Below, one piece after another: positions 18,520-27,919 of a stretch of 45,931 bases of DNA. The position numbers were made by a program, and so were the translations under genes. This DNA is from Ilumatobacteraceae bacterium (lineage in GTDB: Bacteria > Actinomycetota > Acidimicrobiia > Acidimicrobiales > Ilumatobacteraceae), in assembly GCA_046716325.1 (NCBI GenBank), contig JBKJXI010000009.1, positions 1 through 45,931 on the forward strand. Direction: 5' to 3'. The notes beneath the pieces are model-generated. The model was not told the origin of the DNA, searched no databases, and worked only from the letters and a program-made list of their open reading frames with translations. The first letter of the stretch is position 1; every line of letters begins with the position of its first letter.

Positions 18520-19098
18520 ATGACCGAAGAATCGAATACTGGCATCGTCAAGAACGTTTACCTTGACTTTGTCCTGTTGTTGCTTCGCGGCATACTCGGA
18601 TTGATCTTCTTTGCCCAAGGTATGACCAAGTTGGGATGGTTCGGTGGCACCGACCCGCCGGGTCTAGGTGGATTAGAACAGTTCCTGCAGATCCTTGGAT
18701 ACGACTCGATCACTGCGTTGGCATGGCTTCTCACGTGCACAGAGATAATTGCCGGGGTCCTACTAATGGTCGGTCTTTTTGTGCCGTTCGCCTCGGCAGG
18801 AGTGATCGGAGTCTCGCTAAACGGAATGTTTGCCCTGAGCTGGTCTGGCGGTTTCATAAGCTACAACGGATGGCTCGGCTACGCCGTTGTCGCTTTGGCG
18901 GTCGCCTTCCTTGGTCCTGGTCGTTTCGCCCTTGACTCGATTTTTCTAATTCGGTCTCGTCCAGATCGAAGCCATTGGCTCGTTGGACCACGGGCGGCGC
19001 TGCTGGCGATCGTGCTCGGAGTCGCCGCCGGTGTCATTGTTTTGACGGTGTTCGGCCCGGGTTTCTTCAGCGAGCCAAATTTTCCAGAATATGGCTGA
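18520..19098 (+). CDS. DoxX-family membrane protein
   Basis: LLLLRGILGLIFFAQGMTKL start typical of DoxX, with 4 TM segments. ATG 18520 is preceded by GAGGAA. The GTG 18502 alternative is less likely. Confidence 0.75.
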   Translation: MTEESNTGIVKNVYLDFVLLLLRGILGLIFFAQGMTKLGWFGGTDPPGLGGLEQFLQILGYDSITALAWLLTCTEIIAGVLLMVGLFVPFASAGVIGVSLNGMFALSWSGGFISYNGWLGYAVVALAVAFLGPGRFALDSIFLIRSRPDRSHWLVGPRAALLAIVLGVAAGVIVLTVFGPGFFSEPNFPEYG

Positions 19099-19122
19099 TT
19101 TGGCGGCGACGGACTGAGCGGA

Positions 19123-19728
19123 CTATTTAGTACACACCACTTCGGTGATTTCATCCGCTATCAGATCAAGAATTGACATGCTGTTATCCGGCGAGTACTG
19201 GGTGATGAACTCGCGCAGTGTTTTCGTTGCGGTATCACAGGTGCGCTTGGTCGGGGTTGCCAATTTGATTATCCAGTCGTTGGCCAATACACCGAGATTG
19301 CCCCCATCGAGCATGTCGACCACCGCCGGCAAATTCAAATGTGTCAGTGGTCGCCGAGAGTCAGCCGGCACCAGAGCAAACCAGACAATCGCTCCTCCCA
19401 AGGTATCGGCAAGCAGCACGCAACTCGACGCTGATACCAGGTCGCCGCAGCTGATCTCACCAGGAGTATTGGGAATGATCCGCATTGTGCGACCATCGTC
19501 GAGAATCGGCGATGCTTGACCGGTGGTTTTGGAGTTGATAACACCCCACCCCGCATCGGCCTGCAGATTTGATACGGATGCGATGAGATCAATCGAGTGT
19601 GTGTTGGGTACTCCGACTACATTCGACGAATCGTCGCTGACGAGCGACAAAATCACCAACAGACCAAAGCTGAGTGCGACAACGATTCCAATCGCGATCC
19701 ATAATCGTGCCGACAACAACTGACGCAT
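19123..19728 (-). CDS. Signal-anchored extracytoplasmic protein of unknown function, last gene after hemL
   Basis: 201-aa ORF with an N-terminal TM segment (LWIAIGIVVALSFGLLVILSLV) and 4 Cys in the soluble part. Lies 6 nt after the hemL stop. Confidence 0.55.
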   Translation of the reverse strand: MRQLLSARLWIAIGIVVALSFGLLVILSLVSDDSSNVVGVPNTHSIDLIASVSNLQADAGWGVINSKTTGQASPILDDGRTMRIIPNTPGEISCGDLVSASSCVLLADTLGGAIVWFALVPADSRRPLTHLNLPAVVDMLDGGNLGVLANDWIIKLATPTKRTCDTATKTLREFITQYSPDNSMSILDLIADEITEVVCTK

Positions 19729-19734
19729 CAGCCG

Positions 19735-21072
19735 TTAGACAGTCATCGCGGCGACTGCCGCGGCGTTGGTGGCTTCGGACAGCTGAGTGAACACATCATC
19801 TGTGTGGCCGACTCCTACAAAGAGAGCTTCGTAAGCCCCAGGAGCCAGAGCAATTCCGTGATCCAACATCGAGTGAAAAAACCGTGCATACATCCGTTCA
19901 TCTGTTTTCTTTGCTTCGTCAAAATTGGTCGGAACCGTGTGTCCGAAATACATTCCTACAAGTGTTCCCACTACCGGAAACTGCGCCGACATCCCGGCCG
20001 CGCCGCATGCCTCGCGCAACAATGCCGATAACGTGCGCGCACGCGCGGCAAGTTCCATGTAGGTATCGGGAGTGAGTTCGTTTAGCGCGGCTAATCCGGC
20101 CGCAGTGGCCAGCGGGTTACCGGCAAGCGTGCCGGCATGAAATACCTTGCCAATCGGGGTGAGGTTTTCCATCACCTCCGCCGATCCACCGACCGCGCCA
20201 ATTGGCAATCCCCCGCCAATCACTTTGCCAAAGCAAGTGAGGTCGGGGCGGACATCATATTTTGCTTGCGCGCCACCCGTACCAATGCGAAATCCGGTGA
20301 TCACCTCATCAAAAATGAGTACCGCCCCCGCCCGGTCACACGCCGCTCGCAATCCTTCGAGAAACCCATTAGCGGGAGCCACGACACCCATATTCGCCGC
20401 TATTGGTTCGACGATGACCGCGGCAACATCGTTTCCAATCTCGGGAACAACGTTGTACGGGACGACAAGCGTGTTGGCTACTGCTTCTTCGGGCACACCG
20501 GCGGTTCCCGGGATACCCAGAGTTGCCATCCCGCTACCGCCGGCAGCGAGCAATGCATCTGTGGCACCGTGAAAGTTTCCGGCAAATGTGACGATTCGTT
20601 TTCGTCCCGTTGCGCCGCGCGCGAGTCGTACCGCGGTGCTCGTGGCTTCGGTACCGCTATTCATTAGGCGCACTCGTTGGCAACTTGGCACGCGTTCTTG
20701 AATTGCTTCGGCGAGTTTCAACTCTCGCGGGGTTGGCGCGCCGTACGAAGTACCGTCCGCCACAGCGGCGCGTATTGCCGAGGTAATTGCCGGATGCGCA
20801 TGTCCCAGGATGATCGCGCCATAGCTTTGCACGAGGTCGATGTATCTCCGACCTTCGACATCAAATACATATGGCCCGTTCCCGCGCGCCACGATGTATG
20901 GTTCACCGCCGACTGCCTTGAATGCTCGAATTGAACTATTGACCCCACCGGGTATTGCTCGAGTCGATCTCTGAAAGAATTCATGATTTGAAGCAATTCC
21001 GGATCCAACGCAAATTGTCGCCGAACAACCTGCGGACACACACTTCACTTCATCACATAACGGAATCGCCAT
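19735..21072 (-). CDS. hemL: Glutamate-1-semialdehyde 2,1-aminomutase
   Basis: Motifs IPGGVNSSIRAF, LMNSGTEATSTAVRLARG and FDEVITGFR, with the FGKVIGGG lysine. ATG 21072 lies 4 nt after the hemB stop. Confidence 0.92.
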   Translation of the reverse strand: MAIPLCDEVKCVSAGCSATICVGSGIASNHEFFQRSTRAIPGGVNSSIRAFKAVGGEPYIVARGNGPYVFDVEGRRYIDLVQSYGAIILGHAHPAITSAIRAAVADGTSYGAPTPRELKLAEAIQERVPSCQRVRLMNSGTEATSTAVRLARGATGRKRIVTFAGNFHGATDALLAAGGSGMATLGIPGTAGVPEEAVANTLVVPYNVVPEIGNDVAAVIVEPIAANMGVVAPANGFLEGLRAACDRAGAVLIFDEVITGFRIGTGGAQAKYDVRPDLTCFGKVIGGGLPIGAVGGSAEVMENLTPIGKVFHAGTLAGNPLATAAGLAALNELTPDTYMELAARARTLSALLREACGAAGMSAQFPVVGTLVGMYFGHTVPTNFDEAKKTDERMYARFFHSMLDHGIALAPGAYEALFVGVGHTDDVFTQLSEATNAAAVAAMTV

Positions 21073-21076
21073 GTGA

Positions 21077-22057
21077 TTACTGATTCTGTTCGGCGAACCA
21101 GCGTGCAAAGTACGTAAGAATTATGTCGGCACCGGCACGCTTGACAGCGGTTAGTTGCTCGAGGGCCACGGCATCGTGATCGATCCAACCATTGGCCGCG
21201 GCGGCCCGAATCATTGCGTATTCTCCACTCACGTGATATGCGGCTACGGGAACGTTCACTCGAGCGCGGACCGCGGCGATGACATCTAGATAACTCATTG
21301 CCGGCTTGACCATCACAATGTCAGCGCCCTGTTCAATGTCGGCGTCAACTTCTCGCAGTGCTTCACGCGAGTTGCGCCAATCTTGCTGATATCCCCTGCG
21401 ATTACCGCCATTTGTGATCCGCACATCTACTGCATCGCGAAATGGTCCGTAGAGCCCCGACGCATACTTCGCCGAATACGCCATGATCGCAACGTCGGCG
21501 AATCCCGCCCCATCCAGCGCACCCCGAATTGCGCCGACCTGCCCATCCATCATTCCGCTCGGAGCGACAATCGATGCTCCTGCTTGAGCCTGAGCCAGCG
21601 CGGCTCGACAATACACATCTAGGGTCGCATCGTTGTCGACATCTCCTTTTGCGTTGAGGATCCCACAGTGACCATGCGATGTGTACTCATCGACGCACAA
21701 GTCCGAAATGAGTGCAATTCGATCACCCAAATCGTCCGCTAATTCGCGCAGAGATACTTGCACGATGCCGTTGGGATCAAAGGCTCCCGATCCGATCTCA
21801 TCCTTCGATGACGGAACCCCGAACAAGATAACGGCCGGAACACCAAGTTCGGCGAGTTCATGAACTTCCTTGCGCAACGACTCGCGTGTGTGTTGTAACA
21901 CGCCAGGCAGCGAGGTAATCGGCTGGGGCACCGAAATTCCCTCGCGCACGAATAACGGCGCCACAAGGTCGTGCACGCTCAAGTTGACCTCGGCAATCAA
22001 GTTTCGAATCGCCGAACTCTGGCGCAGGCGACGAGGTCGATGGACTGGAAACGCCAT
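21077..22057 (-). CDS. hemB: Porphobilinogen synthase (delta-aminolevulinate dehydratase)
   Basis: Motifs HRPRRLR, VMVKPA and AYHVSGEYAM. 326 aa. Confidence 0.92.
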   Translation of the reverse strand: MAFPVHRPRRLRQSSAIRNLIAEVNLSVHDLVAPLFVREGISVPQPITSLPGVLQHTRESLRKEVHELAELGVPAVILFGVPSSKDEIGSGAFDPNGIVQVSLRELADDLGDRIALISDLCVDEYTSHGHCGILNAKGDVDNDATLDVYCRAALAQAQAGASIVAPSGMMDGQVGAIRGALDGAGFADVAIMAYSAKYASGLYGPFRDAVDVRITNGGNRRGYQQDWRNSREALREVDADIEQGADIVMVKPAMSYLDVIAAVRARVNVPVAAYHVSGEYAMIRAAAANGWIDHDAVALEQLTAVKRAGADIILTYFARWFAEQNQ

Positions 22058-22084
22058 ACCAACAGGTTACGGCTAGCCGAAAGA

Positions 22085-22816
22085 TTACGGGTAGAGCCGC
22101 GAAAATACTTCGCTAAGCGTGTCGACCACGCACCTAGGTGTTGGCTCGGTCGCCACTTCGGTAACGGAGATCCCGACCGACTGCGAAACCTTTGCCGTTG
22201 ACTGTCCAACCGCGACCACAAATCGCGGAGTTCGGATACCGGCACTTTGCACCCACGAACGCGCTGCAGAACCCGACGCGAGTACTAACGCATGTGCTTT
22301 CATTGCCCGAGTCAAAATCTTAGGATCTGGACGCAACATTCGAGTTTGATACGCGGCAACTTCCGTAACGCTCCAACCGCGTGACCGCAGTGATGATCCA
22401 ACGACTCCATCAACTACTTCTGCTTGGACCAGCAATACTCGCCCATGACCATTCGGAAATTCTGCGGCGAGCACTTCGCCGCGAGCAGACAATGGAATAA
22501 AATCTGCAATCGAACCCAATGCCCGATTAGTGGCTTCGCCGATTGCGGCAATCCGTGGTAGTCGCCCACTGCCATGAATTTCACTTGCAATTGCTGCGGC
22601 CCCGTTGACCGATGTCACCACTATCCACTCGAATGTCTCAAGTTCGGAAATTGCGAGACGCATTGCATCTCCGCCGTCGCTGGGAGTATAAATCTCAATC
22701 AAAGGCATCTGGATCGGCTCCGCCCGTTTTGCCAATAAAAGCTCTACCAGCGTGTTGGATTGGTGAGCCGGACGTGTGACGACGATTCGCTTGCCTGTCA
22801 GCGCATCGATGATCAT
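22085..22816 (-). CDS. hemD: Uroporphyrinogen-III synthase
   Basis: 243-aa HemD-like protein (GKRIVVTRPAHQ...). 4-nt overlap with the hemC stop. Position in the hem operon fits. Confidence 0.8.
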   Translation of the reverse strand: MIIDALTGKRIVVTRPAHQSNTLVELLLAKRAEPIQMPLIEIYTPSDGGDAMRLAISELETFEWIVVTSVNGAAAIASEIHGSGRLPRIAAIGEATNRALGSIADFIPLSARGEVLAAEFPNGHGRVLLVQAEVVDGVVGSSLRSRGWSVTEVAAYQTRMLRPDPKILTRAMKAHALVLASGSAARSWVQSAGIRTPRFVVAVGQSTAKVSQSVGISVTEVATEPTPRCVVDTLSEVFSRLYP

Positions 22817-23685
22817 GACATCGCGTTGCGGGATTTTCGCGCCAATTCAATCGCCAGTTGTATGGGATCGGCGGTGCCCGATAGTAGTTCGCGGAAAATC
22901 ACCCATGGCGCAGCAACTTCCACTCCCGCTGCCAGAAACGTGGTCAGTGCATCCGTGCTATCGACGTACGCACCGACAGGCATACTGCACCCAGCACCGA
23001 GTTCTGCCAAAAAAGCGCGCTCAATTTCGACGGCTCGTCGGGTTAACGGGTGATCGACGAGACCGAGTAATTCACGCGTTGGCAAATCATCGGCGAGACA
23101 CTCGACGGCGACACAACCCTGACCGATCATGGGCACCACAACATTAGGGTCCAGAATTTCCGCGATCTGCTCGGTCAAATCGAGCACTTGCAAAGCGGCC
23201 ACCGCCATAACGATCGCGCCACCTTCTGGAATTTTCTTCAAGCGGGTTTGAATATTTCCTCGTAGATCGGCAAAATGCAGATCGGGTCGCAAAGTGCTCA
23301 ATTGTTTACTTCGACGGACGGAACCCGTCGCCACTGTCGCCCCGTCAGCCAGATCATCTAGTCGAGATCCAACCAACGCATCGCGAGCATCGCGCCGCTC
23401 GCACCATGCTCCGACGATGAGACCCGGCGTCGATAGCGATGGCAAATCCTTGGCCGAGTGAACCGCGATATCGGCCTTTCCGTTAAGTACGGCGTGCTAA
23501 ACCTCCTTGACGAATACGCCTTGTCCGCCGATGACGTGAAGGGGAACATCCGGAAGCTGGTCGCCAAGTGTTTCCACGAACACGAGTTCAACCTGTTCGC
23601 CGCCCGACAAAGTGGTTATCGCTTGGGCAACGATCTCTGACTGCGTTCGGGCCTGCGCACTCGATCGAGTGGCGAGACGAATCAT
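22813..23685 (-). pseudogene. hemC: Hydroxymethylbilane synthase interrupted by a single in-frame TAG (codon 63, bases 23499-23497)
   Basis: The two ORF-track pieces (23497-23685 and 22813-23445) are in the same frame. Reading through gives ...GGQGVFVKEV*HAVLNGKADIAVHSAKDLPS..., colinear with the HemC consensus (E. coli [30 protein letters not shown]). Confidence 0.85.
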
Positions 23686-23697
23686 GCGTTGATCAAC

Positions 23698-24954
23698 TCA
23701 TTCAATATCGAACAAGTCACGTAATGCAGCCGAGATTCGCTCACCTTGTGGAGTGCCGGCGCTGTCCTTCAGTTGCGTAAATGGCGAGTGAAGCAATTTG
23801 GCCACGATCGCCTTTGTCAACACCTCCACTTGTTCACGTTGCTCGGGGCTCAAATCGGACAGCCGCGTGGAAAAGCGGTCAACCTCGGCCTGCCGCAGCG
23901 TTTCGGATCGTTCATATAATTCAGCGATCAACGGTGCGGCTTGGCGAGCGATCAGATACTGGCCAAATCTTTCGACCTCATCGGCAATAATTTCGCGCAC
24001 CTGTTGAACCTCTAACTTTCGCGCCTCGATGCCGGTCTGCGCCCAGTCGCGCAAGTTGTCCAGGTCTCGCAATGTCACTCCATCCAGCCCACCGACCGAG
24101 TGTTCGACATCGCGAGGCATCGCAATGTCAACGATGAGCAATGGTTGTCCAGATATTCGCGCCTCCGTGACCATTTGCTTAGAAATGATGATTTCTCCCG
24201 ACCCGGTACAGGTGAGGACCACATCGGCCGATTTGAGCGCGTTTTGCAGGTCGCTGAAATCGCCAACAATTGCCCCGACTCGCTCGGCAAGTTTGGTCGC
24301 GCGTTCGGTACTCCGATTGAGCACCACAATGTCGGTTGCACCGGCACCGGCGAGTGCACTGGCAATACCGGCACCCATGTCGCCGGCCCCGACGACAAGC
24401 ATTCGTCGACCGCTTAGTGAGCCAAGTGACTCCCGCGCCATCTCCACTGCCGCATACGAAATCGAAGCGGTTGATGAACTGATGGCTGTCTCGGTTCGCG
24501 CCCGTTTGCCGACTTCAACCGCATGTCGAAACAACAAATTGAGAGTGGTGCGAGCGGTTGCTTGCTCCCTGGCGCGTTCCCAGGCGAGTTTCACCTGTCC
24601 CAATATTTCGCCCTCGCCAATGACGACGGAATCGAGTCCGCATGCAACATCAAATAGGTGGGCAACGGCCGCCTCGTCATGGTGGCTATAGAAGTGGGGA
24701 TGAAGTTCTTCGGCCGATAGTCCAGAAATCTCACAGAAAAAGTCCCGCACATCCGCATAGGCACCGTGAAACTTTTCGGCTACCAAATAGACCTCTGTGC
24801 GATTGCACGTCGAGAGCACAACGGTCTCGCGAACATTATCGCGCGATACCAAGCCGTGGAGGGCCTTGGGCAACTCCCCGTCCGCGATGCTTACTCGTTC
24901 GATTACATCAAGCGGGGCCGATCGATGGTTGACACCCATCACCACTATTGACAC
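23698..24954 (-). CDS. hemA: Glutamyl-tRNA reductase
   Basis: Motifs LSTCNRTEVY and VVGAGDMG. 418 aa. Start overlaps the rex stop. Confidence 0.92.
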   Translation of the reverse strand: MSIVVMGVNHRSAPLDVIERVSIADGELPKALHGLVSRDNVRETVVLSTCNRTEVYLVAEKFHGAYADVRDFFCEISGLSAEELHPHFYSHHDEAAVAHLFDVACGLDSVVIGEGEILGQVKLAWERAREQATARTTLNLLFRHAVEVGKRARTETAISSSTASISYAAVEMARESLGSLSGRRMLVVGAGDMGAGIASALAGAGATDIVVLNRSTERATKLAERVGAIVGDFSDLQNALKSADVVLTCTGSGEIIISKQMVTEARISGQPLLIVDIAMPRDVEHSVGGLDGVTLRDLDNLRDWAQTGIEARKLEVQQVREIIADEVERFGQYLIARQAAPLIAELYERSETLRQAEVDRFSTRLSDLSPEQREQVEVLTKAIVAKLLHSPFTQLKDSAGTPQGERISAALRDLFDIE

Positions 24955-25646
24955 GCGGCTACCTCGCGACGATTTAGTTGCTCGTAATATCCCAATATTT
25001 GCAGTTCAACACCTAGATCCACACTTCGCACCGAAATATGATCGGGCACCGATAGCACGATCGATGCAAAATTTAGTATCGATCCAATACCAGCCACAAC
25101 CAATAGGTCTGCCGCGACCTGCGCCGACTCAACTGGGGTCGCGATTACTCCGATGCTCACCGATAGGTCACGAACAATCGTGGCTAGCTCGCTCACATGC
25201 TGAACCCGGATCTCGCCGACAAGGTTGCCGACCTTTTTGTCATCGATATCGACGATGGCCGCAACTGAAAACCCTCGGGACGCAAATCCGCTGTAATTTG
25301 CCAGGGCGTTGCCAAGATTTCCGGCGCCAACCAAGACAACGTTCCAATCATTTAGTAGCCCAAGTTCTCGCTTTATTTGATACACGAGGTACTCAACTTC
25401 GTACCCCACTCCTCTTGTTCCATAGCTTCCGAGATACGAGAGATCCTTGCGCACCTTGGCGGCATTAACGCCCGCCAATGCGGCCAGTTGATCGCTCGAC
25501 AATTGGTGCACATCTTGGGTAACAAGGCCATTGAGAATCTGCAGATATACGGGCAGTCGGGCTACGGCCGCATCAGGAATTGCTCGACGTAAATTGGCGA
25601 CCACGACACAAGGGTAGGCGTTCGTGCATGATTTCACGAAGTCCAT
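24945..25646 (-). CDS. rex: Redox-sensing transcriptional repressor Rex
   Basis: Motifs VARLPVYLQIL, KVRKDLSYLGSYGTRGVGYEV and VLVGAGNLGNALANY. The start is uncertain: ATG 25646, or GTG 25604 if the palindrome at 25622-25639 is an operator. Confidence 0.88.
   Translation of the reverse strand: MDFVKSCTNAYPCVVVANLRRAIPDAAVARLPVYLQILNGLVTQDVHQLSSDQLAALAGVNAAKVRKDLSYLGSYGTRGVGYEVEYLVYQIKRELGLLNDWNVVLVGAGNLGNALANYSGFASRGFSVAAIVDIDDKKVGNLVGEIRVQHVSELATIVRDLSVSIGVIATPVESAQVAADLLVVAGIGSILNFASIVLSVPDHISVRSVDLGVELQILGYYEQLNRREVAACQ
25622..25639. promoter_or_regulatory. Candidate Rex operator (ROP-like inverted repeat)
   Basis: On the minus strand it reads TCGTGAA-ATCA-TGCACGA, against the consensus TTGTGAA-N4-TTCACAA (11 of 14 defined positions). 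The outer arms TTCGTG/CACGAA are a perfect inverted repeat at 25621-25640. Confidence 0.45.
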
Positions 25647-25681
25647 TCAACCTAAACAAGCGGGAACTAGCCTGCGTGGCG

Positions 25682-26479
25682 ATGTCAGGGAATCTTGCCC
25701 TCCAGTTTTCCGCCAATGCCATCAATTGCGTCCTAGCCGGATCGGCCGGACTTGTGGCAAGTGCATTTGCCCTATCAACATTTGACCGCTGGTTGCGACA
25801 ACGTCAACCCCACGAGTTGGCCTGGAGTATCGCTATGGCCCTCTTCTCGTTGGGCTCGTTTGCGTTGTGGTGGGCGGAAAGTACGGGCTGGACGATTGCA
25901 ATATTCCGGCTCTTTTTTCTCTGCGGCGCGGTGCTCAATGTTGCATGGCTGTCACTGGGCACCGTGTATCTGTTGACCGGACGGACCGTTGGGGACATCG
26001 TTAGGACCTGGCTCATCGCCGCCACTGGTTTTGCCGTTGGCATAGTTTGGGTCTCTCCCGCCAAGGCTCAAGTGATGAGGTCGGAGTTTCCTGAGGGGCG
26101 GGAGATTTTCGGCGCGGCGCCGAGAATTCTGGCGGCGATTGGATCAGGTTTCCCCGCCGTGATCATCGTCGCCGGTGCCTTGTGGTCAACATGGACGGTG
26201 TTGGTTCGAAGAACCGATAGTCGCGCAGGCAGGTCCTACCGCGATGTGAAATCACCCGGCCGACTGGCTCTTGGCAACATCGTCGTCGCCGCCGGCACGC
26301 TCATTTTGTCGGCCAGCGGACTAATCGCCGGCCGCCTTGGGCAGGACCGCGCTTTTGCGATCACGTTGCTGATTGGCGTTTGTGCCCTGTTTGGCGGATT
26401 TCTAATTGCGAGCAATCCAGCGCGCGAGCGGTCAGTGCAACTGACGGCGCAGTACCTTGCCGGTAACGCCGACCGGTAA
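25682..26479 (+). CDS. Polytopic membrane protein of unknown function, divergent from rex
   Basis: 265 aa from ATG 25682, about 7 hydrophobic segments, no motif recognised. Its 3' end overlaps the convergent acyl-CoA ligase gene by 48 nt. Confidence 0.5.
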   Translation: MSGNLALQFSANAINCVLAGSAGLVASAFALSTFDRWLRQRQPHELAWSIAMALFSLGSFALWWAESTGWTIAIFRLFFLCGAVLNVAWLSLGTVYLLTGRTVGDIVRTWLIAATGFAVGIVWVSPAKAQVMRSEFPEGREIFGAAPRILAAIGSGFPAVIIVAGALWSTWTVLVRRTDSRAGRSYRDVKSPGRLALGNIVVAAGTLILSASGLIAGRLGQDRAFAITLLIGVCALFGGFLIASNPARERSVQLTAQYLAGNADR

Positions 26480-27919
26480 AGCGTCAACTATGAGCACCTT
26501 GGACGGACATTTATAGCGGGCAAGGTGTCGCTGGCAGAATTCAATAACGACGTCTTCGTCCAGGTGGAACCCCGAGACAGGGACGATGAACGCACGAACA
26601 GCCTCACCGGTATGCGGGTGATCCACTCCAACGACCGCTGCGGCGGAGATTTGCGGATGGCTATTCAATACCGTTTCGACTTCGGCCGGATAGACATTGA
26701 ACCCCGAGACAATGATCAGGTCCTTCATCCGATCCACGAGAAACGCATAGCCCTGATCATCGATCACCGCGATATCACCGGTGCGCAACCAGCCATCTGA
26801 TGTCAGGACCCGCGCAGTGGTCTCTGGATCATCCAGATACCCCATGAAAATGTTGTCACCGCGTACCCACAATTCTCCCGCATCGCCGCTCAGCGAGTCC
26901 TCACCGCTTTCATCCACCAGCCGAACCTCAACACCGGGGATAACTCGACCAACCGAACCCACTTTGAATTCGTGACCAACGGACATGGAGACAACGGGCG
27001 CTGCCTCGGTAAGTCCATACCCTTCGTAAATATTCAAGCCGAATCGCTCCTGAAAGAATCTGGTGACATTTTCTGGCATTTTCGCTGCGCCAGTTAGGGC
27101 GATGCGGATGCCGGCAAAAGAATCGGAAGCGAGTCCCGGTAGCTGGGCGAATGCAGACCAAATCTGCGGCGCGCCCGGCACCACAGTTATCTTGCGTTTG
27201 GCAAATGTTTCGAGTGCCGTAATGGGATCAAAGCGTTCGACCAACACGACGCTGGCTCCGATGAACAGTGTGAACCCGAGGACGACATTGAGTCCAAAGA
27301 TGTGGAACAGCGGAAGTACTCCAAATACCACATCGTCCGAGGTCATCAGCCCGAAGGTGCCGAGTTGACTGACATTGGACATCAGATTTTGGTGCGACAA
27401 CATTGCCGCTTTCGGAGCGCCCGCAGTGCCGCTGGTGAACATCAAGATGGCCAACTGGTGGGGATCGACCGACACGATTGGAATCGACGGACGAGAGAGG
27501 AGACTGCTGAACGTGTGGGCCCCTTCGATTTCGTGTCCGTCGGTAGCAATAATTATGTTGAGCAATGGAATCGCGGTTCGATCAATTTCGTGCCACGCTG
27601 ACATCGCCGTCGGTTCAACGACAACCGCTCGAGCGCCAACGACTTGAAGTTCACGCTGAATCTCGAAGGCCGGACTAGCGGGGTTAAGCGGTACTACGAC
27701 CGCGCCAAGACCAAGACACGCCAAGTAACTGACAACAAAGCACGGACTGTTGCCGCACAGCAGCGCGACGCGATCGTCCCTAACGATTCCAAGTTCGCTC
27801 AGGGCACCGCGAAGACGTCCAACCTGATCGTTCAAGTCTCCATACGAAGTGGTGTGCCCCCGACTCACTAAGGCATCGGCGGCCGGCGGGTGTCCATCGA
27901 TGATTTGGGCGAAGTTCAT
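26432..27919 (-). CDS. AMP-dependent acyl-CoA synthetase/ligase (FadD-like)
   Basis: Motifs MFTSGTAGAPKAAMLSH, YGLTE, WLRTGDIA and a C-terminal GKVLRRQL. Confidence 0.88.
   Translation of the reverse strand: MNFAQIIDGHPPAADALVSRGHTTSYGDLNDQVGRLRGALSELGIVRDDRVALLCGNSPCFVVSYLACLGLGAVVVPLNPASPAFEIQRELQVVGARAVVVEPTAMSAWHEIDRTAIPLLNIIIATDGHEIEGAHTFSSLLSRPSIPIVSVDPHQLAILMFTSGTAGAPKAAMLSHQNLMSNVSQLGTFGLMTSDDVVFGVLPLFHIFGLNVVLGFTLFIGASVVLVERFDPITALETFAKRKITVVPGAPQIWSAFAQLPGLASDSFAGIRIALTGAAKMPENVTRFFQERFGLNIYEGYGLTEAAPVVSMSVGHEFKVGSVGRVIPGVEVRLVDESGEDSLSGDAGELWVRGDNIFMGYLDDPETTARVLTSDGWLRTGDIAVIDDQGYAFLVDRMKDLIIVSGFNVYPAEVETVLNSHPQISAAAVVGVDHPHTGEAVRAFIVPVSGFHLDEDVVIEFCQRHLARYKCPSKVLIVDALPVGVTGKVLRRQLH

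Noticed and set aside
23497-23499. The hemC TAG as a pyrrolysine codon or evidence of a reassigned stop codon.
   Set aside because: No pyl genes are in view. TAG terminates several well-defined genes in the same window, and the lineage signals are actinobacterial. A mutation, a sequencing error or simple readthrough is more parsimonious.
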